Source: an uncultured Methanoregulaceae archaeon
GTDB lineage: Archaea > Halobacteriota > Methanomicrobia > Methanomicrobiales > Methanospirillaceae
Direction: 5' to 3'
Assembly (NCBI GenBank): GCA_963717525.1
Contig: OY970343.1
Location: forward strand, 512,001-576,000
Length of the DNA: 64,000 bases
The notes beneath the pieces were generated by a model. The model worked only from the letters and a program-made list of their open reading frames with translations, had not been told where the DNA came from and made no database searches. Shown here one piece after another: positions 44,390-56,430 of this stretch; the stretch's first letter is position 1, and every line of letters starts with the position of its first letter. The translations under genes and the position numbers were made by a program.

Positions 44390-46056
44390 ATGCCAGGTTC
44401 GCATGCAGACCTTATACCGGCAGCCCGTGGCACGGAGCCGGCGGATGCTGTCTACCGGAATGCCGAGATCTTCGATGTTTTTTCCTGTACATGGGAGCGT
44501 AACGATCTCGCGATAAAATCCGGGACAATTGTCGGGATCGGGCGTTCGTACCGGGGCCTCCGCGAGCGGGATCTTCACGGGAAGTACCTGGTACCGGGCC
44601 TGATCGACGCTCACGTCCATATCGAAAGTTCGCTTCTCGCCCCTCCGGAATATGCCCGGCTGGTCGCATCGCATGGGACGACGACCGTGATCGCCGACCC
44701 CCACGAGATCGCAAACGTAGCGGGAAAAGACGGGATTGAATACATGCTGGCCGCCGGCGCGGTGCCCCGGTAGACATTCTTTACATGCTTCCATCCTGCG
44801 TACCGGCAACCCCCTTTGACATCGGGGGAGCAACACTTGATGCCGGCGCACTCTCCGGTTTCGTAGGCCGGGACGGGATCCTCGGGCTGGGCGAGATGAT
44901 GAACGTGCCGGGGGTGCTTGCCGGGGATGAGGAGATCACAAGAAAACTTGCGCTGGTGCGCATCCGCGACGGCCACGCGCCGCTCCTCTCCGGCATGGAT
45001 CTGAATGCCTACATCCTTGCCGGCCCCGACAGCGACCATGAATGTACCACGCGGGAGGAAGCAGCAGAGAAACTCCGGCGCGGGATGTACCTCTTTGTCC
45101 GCGAAGGATCGACCGAGAAGAACATCGCGGCGCTCGTCCCTGTTATCACGCCATGCAACGTCTCCCGGTGCAGTTTTTCTACCGATGACTGCCATGCGGA
45201 TCTGCTTGCCCGGGAAGGCCACATTGACCGGTGTATCAGGAAGGCGATGAGCTGCGGGTTCGAACCTGAACTTGCGATCCGGATGGCGACGCTTTCTCCC
45301 GCAGAACGCTTCGGTCTTTCTGATCGCGGGGCGCTTGCCCCGGGTCGGCGGGCAGATTTCTGTATCGTGGACAATCCCTGTACTTTTAGCGTCAGAGAGA
45401 CGTTCTCGCGCGGGAAGCCGGTAGCGGAATACACCAGTCCCGCAGCTGTCCCCGCCCTTTCGCCGGCAATCCGGTGCACCACGCCCTCGCCGGAACAGAT
45501 CCGGCTCTCCGGGAAAGGGCATGCGCGGGTCATCGGTCTCGTGCCCGGCCAGATCATCACCGGATCGCTCTTTTTCGACCTCGATGCCTCTCTCCTTCCC
45601 GACCTGAAGCGTGACCTGCTCAAGGTCGTGGTCTGCAACCGGTACGGTAGGGGGACGGTCGGCACCGGCATCGCGCACGGTTTCGGGTTCAAAGACGGTG
45701 CGATCGCCGCAAGTGTTTCCCACGATGCGCACAACATCATTGCGGCCGGTGCCGGGGACGATTCGATCCTCTCCGCCATCAGCGCAGTAATCCGGGCCGG
45801 GGGTGGTATGGCAGCGGTACACGGCAAGGAGGCGACGGTGCTCCCGCTGGACTGTGCCGGGCTTATGTCAACGCTGCCGGCTCACAAGGTTGTGGCAGCG
45901 CTGGATGATCTGAGGGCGGTGAGTACAAAAATAGGCGGTATCGCCGATCCATTCATGTATCTCTCGTTCCTTGCGCTCACCGTGATCCCGTCACTCCGGA
46001 TCACGGACCGCGGGCTCTTTGACGGGATCACGTTCCGGGATGTGCCGGTCTTTTAG
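44390..46056 (+). CDS. ade: Adenine deaminase, frameshift near 44760
   Basis: [40 protein letters not shown] and SHDAHN motifs. Confidence 0.9.
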
Positions 46057-46198
46057 TTGACGGGGACCTGCATGCAGAGAGAGATCCCTTTTTTTAGATC
46101 CTGTCCGGATCTATGAAGTTCCCCGGCTCCGGAATAATCCCGGTATTTCTCCCGGCAGCATAAGGTTGATATTTTTCTATCACTATCAGTAATTGCAT

Positions 46199-46753
46199 AT
46201 GCATACCCCCACTCCTGAAGAGCTCCGTTCCCGCCGCGAAACACTGGGGCTCCGCCAGACCGAGATTGCACGAAGGGCAGGGATCAGCCAGTCCATGGTG
46301 GCCCGGATCGAAGCGGGCAGCGTCGATCCTCGGGTCAGCACCCTGAATAAAATAATTGCCGTGCTCAACAATGCCGAGCCAAAGAAGATCACCGCCGGCC
46401 AGATCATGCATACGCCGGTCCTCTCCGTCCCGCCGCAGGCAAGCATTTCGCAGGCTGTCGAGATCTTCGAAAAGAACAACGTCTCCCAGCTGCCGGTGAT
46501 CGAACGGGGTGCAACGGTCGGGTGCATCTCCGAATCGGTGATCGTGAAAGCGATCGAGCAGCAGCGCCTCCACCATACGCAGCAGTTCATGGTTAAGGAT
46601 TTTATGGAGCCCGGTTTTCCCACCGTGCCTCCGGATATGGATGTTGAGACCGTGATAAACATCCTCCAGCAGAACCACGCAGTGCTCGTGACTGAAGGGA
46701 GGATCGTGAGAGGTGTGATCACCAAGCATGACCTGATCACGCTTATCGTCTGA
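46199..46753 (+). CDS. XRE-type HTH plus CBS-pair transcriptional regulator
   Basis: LRQTEIARRAGISQSMVARIEAGSVDPR followed by two CBS domains. Confidence 0.88.
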   Translation: MHTPTPEELRSRRETLGLRQTEIARRAGISQSMVARIEAGSVDPRVSTLNKIIAVLNNAEPKKITAGQIMHTPVLSVPPQASISQAVEIFEKNNVSQLPVIERGATVGCISESVIVKAIEQQRLHHTQQFMVKDFMEPGFPTVPPDMDVETVINILQQNHAVLVTEGRIVRGVITKHDLITLIV

Positions 46754-46870
46754 TCCCGGTACTCTTTCGTTCTTTTTTCCTGTCCTGTCGCCGGGCCGAC
46801 AGAAAACTTTATTAATGATTATAAAAGAGGAATGCTTGTTGTGGTCGATACCACACCAGAGGGATGTTTC

Positions 46871-46978
46871 ATGGCAGATGAAGAGAAATCAAAAGATATT
46901 AGCAATGTGACGATTATCGGAATCGGTGTGGTATTGTTTATTATTATCATCGCAGTCTGGTACCTTTTCCTGAAATAA
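46871..46978 (+). CDS. Small single-pass membrane protein (35 aa)
   Basis: GAGGGA RBS then MADEEKSKDISNVTIIGIGVVLFIIIIAVWYLFLK*; TTTATTAA promoter at about 46808. Confidence 0.6.
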   Translation: MADEEKSKDISNVTIIGIGVVLFIIIIAVWYLFLK

Positions 46979-47009
46979 CACGGTTCTCCGTGACTCTTTT
47001 ATCTCTTTT

Positions 47010-47679
<670 letters not shown>

Positions 47680-47757
47680 CGTCTCTCATTCCTCGTTCTT
47701 GAGGTGTTTGCCCCCGGCTCCATTCAACCTTTCGCTCCCGTGGTGGATTTTTTTGTA

Positions 47758-50409
47758 TTACTCTTCCCTTACTCCCCTCGTGTAGTGGCCAGCGGTGATT
47801 CCCCCGAGTGCGATCACTTTTGCCCGTTCCCTGAGTGTGGCATACCCGCGGGCAGTACTGGCGGGAGGTTTTGCTGCACGTGCGATGGCATCCCGGTAGA
47901 TCCGGACCATCTCACCAGCGTAGCCGGGCGTGCGGCCCCGTGCATCGATCACCATGGCATCGACGCCGATCCGCACCAGCTCCGGGACAGCATCGACAAG
48001 GCAGGTTTCGGCGGCATTGAAGATATGGCCCCGGCATTCGCCATCGATCCGGACCGGCAGGAGGTGCCCGGTCTCGTCCCGGATCCCATACCACTGGTCA
48101 CGTGAACAGGGACCAGCGCCCTTCCCGCACAGGCCCGATGGGATAATCAGGCAGTCCTCGGTAACCATCGTCTCGAGGTTTCCCTGCGCGAACACGGCCA
48201 GTTCCGGTCTCAGCCCCTGCGACCGCGCCGCACCGGCAAGGAGGGTGATCTCACCGGCAGATAATTCCGGCGAGAGCAGGAGCAGCTTAAAAGACAGCCG
48301 GCCCAGCGCCCGGACCGTCTCTGCATTGAAGACGTTGAGTCCCAGTGAACCCGCAAGCGTGATGCCTGGTGCAATCTCCGCCACGGCACCGGCAGTTCCC
48401 GGGTTGTCCACCATACACGCGTAAAGGCCTGCCTCGTGCAGCCGGGGCAGGGCCGATCGGATGGCGGAGATTTCGGCCTGCCGGGTGATCCTGGGCAGTT
48501 TCCAGATGAGCCGGGCGTTGTGTATCCGGCAGGTCTCAAGGGCAGAGCGGATCGTGTCTACCAGCCTTTCCGCGTCTTTTCCCTCCATGCCAGAACCCGG
48601 GGAGACCGGGGGTTCAAAACAGATCGTCCCTGCCCCGGCCCGGGCACCGGCCTCCACGATTCCGGGTGTGTCCGTGTACAGGATGATGCCCATGGCCCGA
48701 TCAGGGGATTTAAGGGTTCCGGGAAGCGGTAGTGCCTGATTGTGTGCAATAAACCGGTCAAGGCGCTCACGTGCTACCTCTATATCCTCGCTGGAAGGAC
48801 GAGAGGCAGCCACCAGGGCCTCTTTGGCACGGGCAAAAAACTCCCGCCGTACCCGATTGATCTCACTGACCGGGGCAAAGAGGGTGCCGTCATAACCAAG
48901 GGTGAGGCTGGCGATACCAAAGGGCGTCCCCCCGGTCTTTTCCAGCTGTGCGGCAAGTTGTTCTCTCGTGAGCGGGCTGGTCCGGGCTGGTGCGAGCCGA
49001 AGATTTCCGGCCTCTTCCACGGTGACTGGTTCTTTACCGGGCGGGTACAGGGTCCCCGCGAGCGTAAGAAGTCCTTCCGGAGTGACCTTCGCCACGATAC
49101 CGGCCGGCACCGGCTGACGCAGTCCGGGACTTCCCTGCCGGAGGATCTGCCGGGCGCGGGCCGCAAGATCGACCGATGATGTCAGGGAGACCCGGGCACC
49201 TTTCTCCACCGGGAGGGGGACGACGAGTTCGATCCCCTCCGGTTTTACGCCGGGTTCGGTGTTGAGAGAAAAGCCCCATTCCGCTTCCGGATTGCCGGGA
49301 TGGGAGAAGAGGAGCCCGTCCCCGGGATGCAGGGTGACCGCCAGATCCGGGCAGAGGGTTGCCGTGCCTTTCCTGCGGTCGTACCCGGACACGGTCCCGA
49401 TGAGCAGGCCGCGGTTGTCCGGACGGTCCCTGCCCATGAGGCTCCCTTTGCGGTCCCCGAAGAGGTAGCCCCGGGTGAACCCCCGGTTGAATGCGAGGGC
49501 AAGGTCGCGGAGTGCAGCCTCGTCCGGGACAAATGTACCTGCGGCAGCCTCGTCAAGGGCGCGCCGGTAGGTGGAGACCACGATCGCCACGTACTCCGGC
49601 GACTTCATCCTGCCCTCGATTTTTAACGATGCGACGGGAGAATCCACGAGCCGGGGGATATCCCGGTACGTGCAGAGGTCTTTTGGCGAGAGGAGATACG
49701 GTCCCGGCATCGGTACATCGTGGAGACCGGTCGGCCGGCCATACCGGTCAACCCCGGCGGTGACAAGGGTGTATTTTTTCCGGCACGGCTGGGCGCACAT
49801 GCCCCGGTTCCCGCTCCGGCCGCCGATCACGGACGAGAGGAGGCACTGGCCTGAATAACTGTAGCAGAGGGCCCCATGCGCGAAGACCTCAAGCCCCATT
49901 CCGGTATCCGCAGTCGCCCGGGAGATTGCCTCCATCTCGGAAAGCGGGAGTTCCCGGGCGAGCACCACCCGCGAGAACCCCATGGCATGCGCCCACCGCA
50001 CCCCCTCAGCGTTGTGGATGGTAAGCTGGGTCGAGGCATGGAGAACAAGGCCCGGTACAATCTCCCGTGCGAGAGCTGCGAGACCGGGGTCCTGCACCAG
50101 CACCGCATCAACTCCCGATTCGTACAGCCAGACAAGGTACTCAAGGACATCGGGGAGTTCCCGGTCGTGCACCAGCGTATTGACCGTCACGTACACCTTC
50201 ACGCCCCGGGCGTGGGCGTACGCGATCGTTTCCGCGATCTCCTCCCCGGAAAAATTCTGCGCGAACTTCCTTGCGCCAAACCGTTTCCCGCTCAGGTAAA
50301 CCGCATCGGCCCCGGCTGCCACGGCGGCAAAGAACGCCTCCGGGGAACCGGCTGGTGCGAGCAGTTCGGGGATCTTCTTCTTTGGGAGGGCAATCGTGCT
50401 TTTTGTCAT
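47758..50409 (-). CDS. Peptidase U32-family Fe-S protein (RlhA-like, long form)
   Basis: PELLAPAG, HASTQ, ARELP, HGALCYSYSGQC, NRGMCAQPCR and LKIEGRMKS motifs plus a degenerate second barrel. Confidence 0.88.
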   Translation of the reverse strand: MTKSTIALPKKKIPELLAPAGSPEAFFAAVAAGADAVYLSGKRFGARKFAQNFSGEEIAETIAYAHARGVKVYVTVNTLVHDRELPDVLEYLVWLYESGVDAVLVQDPGLAALAREIVPGLVLHASTQLTIHNAEGVRWAHAMGFSRVVLARELPLSEMEAISRATADTGMGLEVFAHGALCYSYSGQCLLSSVIGGRSGNRGMCAQPCRKKYTLVTAGVDRYGRPTGLHDVPMPGPYLLSPKDLCTYRDIPRLVDSPVASLKIEGRMKSPEYVAIVVSTYRRALDEAAAGTFVPDEAALRDLALAFNRGFTRGYLFGDRKGSLMGRDRPDNRGLLIGTVSGYDRRKGTATLCPDLAVTLHPGDGLLFSHPGNPEAEWGFSLNTEPGVKPEGIELVVPLPVEKGARVSLTSSVDLAARARQILRQGSPGLRQPVPAGIVAKVTPEGLLTLAGTLYPPGKEPVTVEEAGNLRLAPARTSPLTREQLAAQLEKTGGTPFGIASLTLGYDGTLFAPVSEINRVRREFFARAKEALVAASRPSSEDIEVARERLDRFIAHNQALPLPGTLKSPDRAMGIILYTDTPGIVEAGARAGAGTICFEPPVSPGSGMEGKDAERLVDTIRSALETCRIHNARLIWKLPRITRQAEISAIRSALPRLHEAGLYACMVDNPGTAGAVAEIAPGITLAGSLGLNVFNAETVRALGRLSFKLLLLSPELSAGEITLLAGAARSQGLRPELAVFAQGNLETMVTEDCLIIPSGLCGKGAGPCSRDQWYGIRDETGHLLPVRIDGECRGHIFNAAETCLVDAVPELVRIGVDAMVIDARGRTPGYAGEMVRIYRDAIARAAKPPASTARGYATLRERAKVIALGGITAGHYTRGVREE

Positions 50410-50416
50410 GGTCGCC

Positions 50417-50959
50417 TCAGAGCAGGGGGAGGAAATAGTGGATGAACCCGAGCGTGGCAAGCGTAATTGCCGCGGCAGAAACGCAGTACCCGGCCATCGT
50501 GATCGCAAACGACCGCCATTTCTGCCACCCGAAAAGCCAGGAGGCCGGGGAACAGAGGTATACACCGATAAGGATCTCTGCAGGGACGAGGCCGTAGATG
50601 CCGTACCGCTCAAACATCCATGAACGCGCCGTCATCCTCCGGGTCCAGTCCAGGAAGGCTGCAACGTGTCCCGACGCCGTCCCAATCGCATCGAATATAC
50701 CAAAGAGGCCAAGGAAGATCCCGGCCTCGACACTGGTGGCAACCGGCACCACATACTGCACCGGCAGGCCAAGCCCTATACCGATCGGTATCGACCCGTC
50801 CTCGATGACAAATGCGCTCGCGATAAGGGCACCGGCAGCAACGGGGGAGAGGCCAAGAAGGTATGCAGCGCCAAGCGGCAGGACGAATGCAAGGATAACG
50901 CACCATCCAAGCGCACTACAGGCAAGCCTGAGGGTTTTCATGACTGCCGCAGGTTCCAT
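50417..50959 (-). CDS. Membrane protein (small multidrug-export-like)
   Basis: Several TM helices and an RYGIYGL motif. Confidence 0.6.
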   Translation of the reverse strand: MEPAAVMKTLRLACSALGWCVILAFVLPLGAAYLLGLSPVAAGALIASAFVIEDGSIPIGIGLGLPVQYVVPVATSVEAGIFLGLFGIFDAIGTASGHVAAFLDWTRRMTARSWMFERYGIYGLVPAEILIGVYLCSPASWLFGWQKWRSFAITMAGYCVSAAAITLATLGFIHYFLPLL

Positions 50960-51074
50960 ATCCGGTACTAGGGTTTTCACCCGGAAGGGGATAAACGGGT
51001 ATCCCAGACAACCCGTCCCTGACAGGCCGGGCAGAGCGTATCTTTTTGTGGCCCCGCGACAAATCGTCAGGTAC

Positions 51075-51704
51075 ATGCAGATCGTTGCCTGCCTGACGGA
51101 TCCCGCACAGGCTGCAGCCGCAGAGGCTCAGGGTGCACAGGTGCTCGAGCTCCGCCTTGACCTGATGGAGGGTAACCCGAAAGACCGGGTGCGGCAGTGC
51201 AAAGCGATCTCGCGTCTCCCGGTCATCGCCACGCTCCGCTCCGCAGAGGAAGGCGGCCGGTACTTCGGGAGCCCGGAGGAGTGGCAGAAGAAGATCGCGC
51301 CGGTTATCCCGCTCGTGGAGTATATTGATGTCGAGCAGCAGTTTGCCCGCATGGCCGGGCCGGTCAAAGCGGCGGGAAAAGGGATCATCGCGTCACATCA
51401 TACGGCAGGAATGGTGCCGCTCCCTATCCTCTTCGTGCTCGAACAGGAACTCCGGTCGTACGGCGAAATCCCCAAGATTGTTGTCACGCCGGGAAACGAG
51501 GAAGACCTCATCGATCTCATCGCCTTTACCCGGGCGGCAAAAAAACCGATCTGCACCGGGGTGATGGGAGCGGCGTTCCGGTACGCCCGTGCCATCCTCC
51601 CGCTTTTTGGCTCGGAGTTCGTGTACTGCCATACCGGTGTGCCGACAGCAGTTGGGCAGTATTCCGTAGAAGAGTTTGTTACTCTCGCAAAACTGCTTTC
51701 CTGA
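51075..51704 (+). CDS. aroD: Type I 3-dehydroquinate dehydratase
   Basis: ELRLD, TLRSAEEGG, IDVE, IASHH, IPKIV and AVGQ motifs. Confidence 0.9.
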   Translation: MQIVACLTDPAQAAAAEAQGAQVLELRLDLMEGNPKDRVRQCKAISRLPVIATLRSAEEGGRYFGSPEEWQKKIAPVIPLVEYIDVEQQFARMAGPVKAAGKGIIASHHTAGMVPLPILFVLEQELRSYGEIPKIVVTPGNEEDLIDLIAFTRAAKKPICTGVMGAAFRYARAILPLFGSEFVYCHTGVPTAVGQYSVEEFVTLAKLLS

Positions 51705-51993
51705 AATCAAACATATGAAAAAGCCGCTCCCGGGGGCTTTCGCCCCCGCCGCTCGTCCACCCCCCAGATGCGATAGTGCTGTATTACTCATAATCAGGCA
51801 TGTCCCTGACACAGGAAATACAGAAGCATCGCATGTGAGTCCCGTCCCTCTCGGGAGACGCATTGGCTCAAGAGGGGGGCTGCACAAATTTAAAAACAGG
51901 TTTTCTACTAAACAGTTCTTTTCAGTCAACGAGTGAAAAAGAAGATGTTTACGAAGGGGAAAAGCAGCGATCCTCCGTTTGTTTATCTGCACC

Positions 51994-52005
51994 AAAAAAA
52001 AAAAA
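51994..52005 (-). terminator. Oligo-T terminator of the aro operon
   Basis: A run of 12 T on the minus strand immediately after the aroC stop codon. Confidence 0.55.
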
Positions 52006-52992
52006 TTACCGGTATTTTTCCTGTTCCAGCATCGTATCGGCAAGAACAAGCGCGAGCATCGCCTCTGCCACCGGGAGGATACGGGGCACGATGCAGGGGT
52101 CGTGCCGGCCGCCGACCGTGATCTCCACGGCGTTCCCGTGGATGTCCCGCGTCTGCTGGACCTTTGCGATGGAGGGCGTCGGTTTTACCGCAATGCGCAC
52201 GACGATATCCTGCCCGGAGGAGATCCCGCCGAGGATACCGCCCGCGTGATTGCTTTTAAAACCGGTGGCGGTCATCGGGTCATTGTTCTCGCTTCCGAAC
52301 CTCCCTGCGACCGCAAACCCGTCGCCGATCTCCACGCCCTTGACTGCACCGATCCCCATCATGGCGCCGGCAATTGCCGCATCAAGTTTCCCGAAGACCG
52401 GGTCGCCGAGGCCTGCCGGGCAGCCGGTTGCGATAATCTCCGCGATCCCGCCGACAGAGTCCCCGGCCGCCTTTGCCGCGAGGATCTCCTGTTCGATCTC
52501 CTTTGGTACGGTTTTGCCATGCACGGACATGATCCGGCCGGTGATAGCGATCCCCCGTCCGGCAAGGTACTTCAGTGCCACGGCGCCGGCCGCAACCCGG
52601 CCGACAGTCTCCCTGCCCGAGCTCCTGCCACCCCCCCGGTAATCCCGGATACCATACTTTTCCTGGTACGTGAAATCCGCGTGACCGGGCCGGAACTTCT
52701 CTTTGATCGCCTCGTAATCCTTCGACTGCGTATCCCTGTTTCTCACCAGCAGCGCTATGGGTGCGCCGGTCGTCATCCCTTCGAACACACCCGAGAGGAT
52801 CTCGACCGTGTCGGCCTCATCCCGCGCGGATGTCAGAGAAGATGTGCCCGGCCGCCTTCGGTCGAGCAGCGGCTGGATATCAGCCGCCGTTAATGCGAGC
52901 CGGGCCGGGCACCCGTCGATGACCGCGCCCACGGCCGGGCCGTGGCTCTCTCCAAAGGTCGTGACTGCAAAATTCCTGCCAAAGGTGTTCAT
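52006..52992 (-). CDS. aroC: Chorismate synthase
   Basis: [24 protein letters not shown] and GRHDPC motifs. Confidence 0.96.
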   Translation of the reverse strand: MNTFGRNFAVTTFGESHGPAVGAVIDGCPARLALTAADIQPLLDRRRPGTSSLTSARDEADTVEILSGVFEGMTTGAPIALLVRNRDTQSKDYEAIKEKFRPGHADFTYQEKYGIRDYRGGGRSSGRETVGRVAAGAVALKYLAGRGIAITGRIMSVHGKTVPKEIEQEILAAKAAGDSVGGIAEIIATGCPAGLGDPVFGKLDAAIAGAMMGIGAVKGVEIGDGFAVAGRFGSENNDPMTATGFKSNHAGGILGGISSGQDIVVRIAVKPTPSIAKVQQTRDIHGNAVEITVGGRHDPCIVPRILPVAEAMLALVLADTMLEQEKYR

Positions 52993-54377
52993 GCCAGTAT
53001 CTCCCGTATGACGGTATCGGGCACGTCAATCCCGAAGAAGAGCCGGAACTGCTCCCGTGCTTGGTGGATAAAAACCTCGGTACCGATAATGGTTGCGCAG
53101 CCGGCTTTCCGTGCTGCGGTGATCAGGGGTGTGACCGGGGGTGTGTACACAAGATCAAATACGGTCATCTCCTTCTTGAGCTGATCGTCCCGGAGCGGGC
53201 TTTTCGTGTCCGGCTGCATGCCAACCGGTGTGGCGTTCACAACAAGGTCAGGGTTTGTCCGGTCAAAGTCGTCCCATGCGCCCCACCGGCAGCCGGACCG
53301 CTCCGCGAGCGCCCGTGCCTTCTCCGGCGTCCGGTTCAGGATGGTGACCTCCATGCCGAGATCCATAAGGGCATACGCGGCCGCTGCTGCAACCCCACCA
53401 GCGCCGAGCAGTACCGCACGGGCACCTTTGTGGCCGGCGAGGGGTTTTTTGATGCCCAGCCAGTCCGTGTTACAGCCGTATGCTTCCCCGCAGGCGAAGA
53501 CCACCGTGTTTATTGCACCGATCTGCCTGGCCGCGTCATCGATCTCGTCAAGGCAGGCCATCACGTCCTGCTTGAAAGGGATGGTTACCGAGAGCCCTTT
53601 CGCATCGATGCTGCGGGCAGTCTCCATGATGGCGCTGATTGACGGGTCCTCGAACCGGGTGTAGTGGCAGTCGAGCTGGTATTTCTCAAAGAGCCGGTTG
53701 AAGAGGAGCGGGCTCCTGCTGTGGCCGCAGGGCCAGCCGGCAACTCCGAGGAACCGGGTCCGGGGATCATGGCCGGGACCGGTGAGCAGGGACTGCAGCT
53801 GTTCGCGTTCAGGTGCCGGGAGGGGGGTTGCCGCAAACCACTTTGCTGCTGCCTCCCGGACCGGGGCAGGGATCGTCCCGTGTTCCAGCAGGCCGAGGAT
53901 CCGGCCGGCCGCCTCTTCGTTTGTGGTCCGGCTGGTATCCACGCAGAAGTCTGCCGCTGCGGCATAGTTGTGGCGCCGGCGGGCGATCACCTCTGCGATC
54001 TCCTGATCCGCAGGAAGGCTGGTGAGAGGCGGGCGGGGGGCCCGGGCGAGCCTGCGCCTGATGGTCGCGATCTCTGCGGTCAGCAGCACACAGGTACTTT
54101 GTGCCCTGAGGTGCTCCATGTTTTTAGGGTCCATGACCACGCCGCCCCCGGTGCCGATCACGATGTCACGGGCAGGGAGCCCGGCGATCGCCTCACGTTC
54201 CAGCGTACGGAAGCGCTCCTCATCGTCCTTCCTGAAGATCTCCGGGATCGTGCGACCGCTCTGCTGTTCGATAAGTGCATCGGTATCGAGGAAGGGTACA
54301 CCCAGCCTGCGGGCGAGCACCGTCCCGATGGCGGTCTTGCCGGTCCCGCGGTAGCCGAAGAGCACGATCCGCCTCAT
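52989..54377 (-). CDS. aroE: Shikimate kinase (AroK-type) fused to shikimate dehydrogenase
   Basis: [15 protein letters not shown] and RPPL, then HSRSP, SVTIPFK, GAINT, NTD, GAGG, NRT, NATPVGM and DLVY motifs. Confidence 0.9.
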   Translation of the reverse strand: MRRIVLFGYRGTGKTAIGTVLARRLGVPFLDTDALIEQQSGRTIPEIFRKDDEERFRTLEREAIAGLPARDIVIGTGGGVVMDPKNMEHLRAQSTCVLLTAEIATIRRRLARAPRPPLTSLPADQEIAEVIARRRHNYAAAADFCVDTSRTTNEEAAGRILGLLEHGTIPAPVREAAAKWFAATPLPAPEREQLQSLLTGPGHDPRTRFLGVAGWPCGHSRSPLLFNRLFEKYQLDCHYTRFEDPSISAIMETARSIDAKGLSVTIPFKQDVMACLDEIDDAARQIGAINTVVFACGEAYGCNTDWLGIKKPLAGHKGARAVLLGAGGVAAAAAYALMDLGMEVTILNRTPEKARALAERSGCRWGAWDDFDRTNPDLVVNATPVGMQPDTKSPLRDDQLKKEMTVFDLVYTPPVTPLITAARKAGCATIIGTEVFIHQAREQFRLFFGIDVPDTVIREILA

Positions 54378-55639
54378 TCCATCACCCCGGCAAGTGCGTC
54401 CCAGAAACCGGGATAGGATTTGGCGACGCATTCCGCGCCGGTGATCGAGACCCCGCCGATCCCGAGACCAAGGACGGCAAAGCTCATCGCCATGCGATGG
54501 TCGTTTGCCGGGTCGATGGTGCCGCCATGGAGCAGGGCCGGCTGGATGATGATCCGGTCTTCATGGGTATTTACCGTCGCGCCAAGCTGCCGGAGTCGTT
54601 CCGCGGTAACGGCAATGCGGTCGCTCTCCTTGTACTTCAGGTGGCCGATGCCGGTGATCACCGAGGGGGTCTTTGCCACCGCTGCCACCATGCAGAGCGT
54701 CTGGACCGTGTCGGGAGCCGAGGACATGTCGATGGTGATCCCGGCAAGCTGCCCATCGTGTTCGATCATGACACTGTCATGGGCATAGGTCACCTGGCAG
54801 CCCATCCTCACGAGTGCAGAAAGGAAGAACCGGTCGCCCTGCACGGAGTCCGGGGTGAGGCCGGTCACCGTCACTCTGCCGCCACAGATAGCCGCGAGCG
54901 CAAAGAAGTACGAGGCCGACGAGTAGTCCCCTTCGATGACGTACGTGCGGCCGGTGTAATGGTTGCAGGTGCTAACCTCGAACCTCCGGTATCCTTCGCG
55001 CCGGATAACCGCCCCAAAACCGGTCATGACACCGGTCGTGATGTCGAGGTACGACTGAGATGCGGGAGTTCCCGTGATCTCTAATGAGACCGGGTTTTTC
55101 GCGTAGGGGGCGGCCATCAGGACCGAGGATGCGAACTGGCTGCTCACCGATCCGTCTATCGTGGCGCTGCCGCCACGGAGATTGCCGCCGATCGTTACCG
55201 GGGGGAACCCGGGCTTTTTTGGAAACCTGATCTCCCCCCCGAGGACTGTAAGCGTGTCGGCAAGCGGCCCGACCGGCCGCTCCTGCATCCGGGCGCTGCC
55301 GGTGAGAGTGACCGGGTGATCCGCGAGGAGCGCGGAGGAGGCGAGCAGGCGCAGGGAGGTGCCGGAGTTATTAAGGTCAAGCACCGTGCCCGGGGGGCAG
55401 GTGAATGCCCCGTCACATCCTTCCACGATCACACTCCGGTCATTGGTTTTTATATCGGTGCCAATCTTTTCAAGGGCGGCGATCGTGAGTTGTGTGTCGT
55501 CGGCCATGAGCGGGTTGACGATGGTACTTGTGCCCTGTGCGAGTGCTGCCGCGATGAGGGCACGGTGCGTGTAACTCTTGGAGGGCGGGGCAGCGACCGT
55601 AAGGTCGATACCGCGCCGCAGGGGGAGGGTGACGATCAT
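54374..55639 (-). CDS. aroA: EPSP synthase
   Basis: PPSKSYTHR, NSGTSLR, SSQF, EGDYSSA, KESDR and DHRMAM motifs. Confidence 0.95.
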   Translation of the reverse strand: MIVTLPLRRGIDLTVAAPPSKSYTHRALIAAALAQGTSTIVNPLMADDTQLTIAALEKIGTDIKTNDRSVIVEGCDGAFTCPPGTVLDLNNSGTSLRLLASSALLADHPVTLTGSARMQERPVGPLADTLTVLGGEIRFPKKPGFPPVTIGGNLRGGSATIDGSVSSQFASSVLMAAPYAKNPVSLEITGTPASQSYLDITTGVMTGFGAVIRREGYRRFEVSTCNHYTGRTYVIEGDYSSASYFFALAAICGGRVTVTGLTPDSVQGDRFFLSALVRMGCQVTYAHDSVMIEHDGQLAGITIDMSSAPDTVQTLCMVAAVAKTPSVITGIGHLKYKESDRIAVTAERLRQLGATVNTHEDRIIIQPALLHGGTIDPANDHRMAMSFAVLGLGIGGVSITGAECVAKSYPGFWDALAGVME

Positions 55640-56430
55640 GGCGGCACCCTGATTTCCGGGTAGCATCCCAGGTTACGGACCGTGGTGATCTCTTTTAGTT
55701 CCCGGAGCGCCTCGTCCGTGCACCCGCTGACCGCGTAGTCAAGGAAAAAGACATATTTTCCCATGCCCCTTTTTGACGGCCTTGACTCGATCCGGGTGAG
55801 GTTGATCTTCTTCCTGGCAAAGACGCCAAGAAGGTCGTAGAGCAGACCGGCCCGGTCGGTGTCGGTGTCGATCAGGATGCTGCACTTTCCCGCCCGGCAG
55901 TCCGGGACGGATGTCTGCGAGATCCTCACAAACCGGGTCGTGTTCTCCGGGTTGTTCTCCACATGTTCAACGATCACCGGGATGTGGTAGATAGCGGCTG
56001 CCGAGACCGAGAGGATCGCCCCGGCGTTCGGGGTCTTTTTGGCCTCGATCGCGCTCGACGCGTTGCTGCTCGTATGGATCACCGGCACCTCCCGCCACTG
56101 CTCGATCCACCCGCTGCACTGCTCGTGGGTCTGCGGGTGAGCGTAGATCACGCGGATCTTTTCGAGCGGGACAAGGGAAGCGAGGCTATGGTGGATAGGC
56201 ATGTACATCTCCGCGGTGATCGAGAGGGGGTATTTGGTCAGGCCGTCAAGGGTCTCGCCCACCCCGCCGGCCTCGGAGTTCTCGATCGGGACGATGCCAT
56301 CTCCCCGCCCGGCTGCTACGCCCGCAAAGATGCTGTGGATGGTCGGCTCGAGAATAACGGGTTCGCACCCGAGCCGGAGCGCGAGCTCGTGGGAGAACGT
56401 CCCTTCGGGGCCGAGGGTGATGACGGTCAT
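55636..56430 (-). CDS. pheA: Prephenate dehydratase with ACT domain
   Basis: LGPEGTFS, VPIENS, HPQ, NTTRF and NLTRIESRP motifs. Confidence 0.93.
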   Translation of the reverse strand: MTVITLGPEGTFSHELALRLGCEPVILEPTIHSIFAGVAAGRGDGIVPIENSEAGGVGETLDGLTKYPLSITAEMYMPIHHSLASLVPLEKIRVIYAHPQTHEQCSGWIEQWREVPVIHTSSNASSAIEAKKTPNAGAILSVSAAAIYHIPVIVEHVENNPENTTRFVRISQTSVPDCRAGKCSILIDTDTDRAGLLYDLLGVFARKKINLTRIESRPSKRGMGKYVFFLDYAVSGCTDEALRELKEITTVRNLGCYPEIRVPP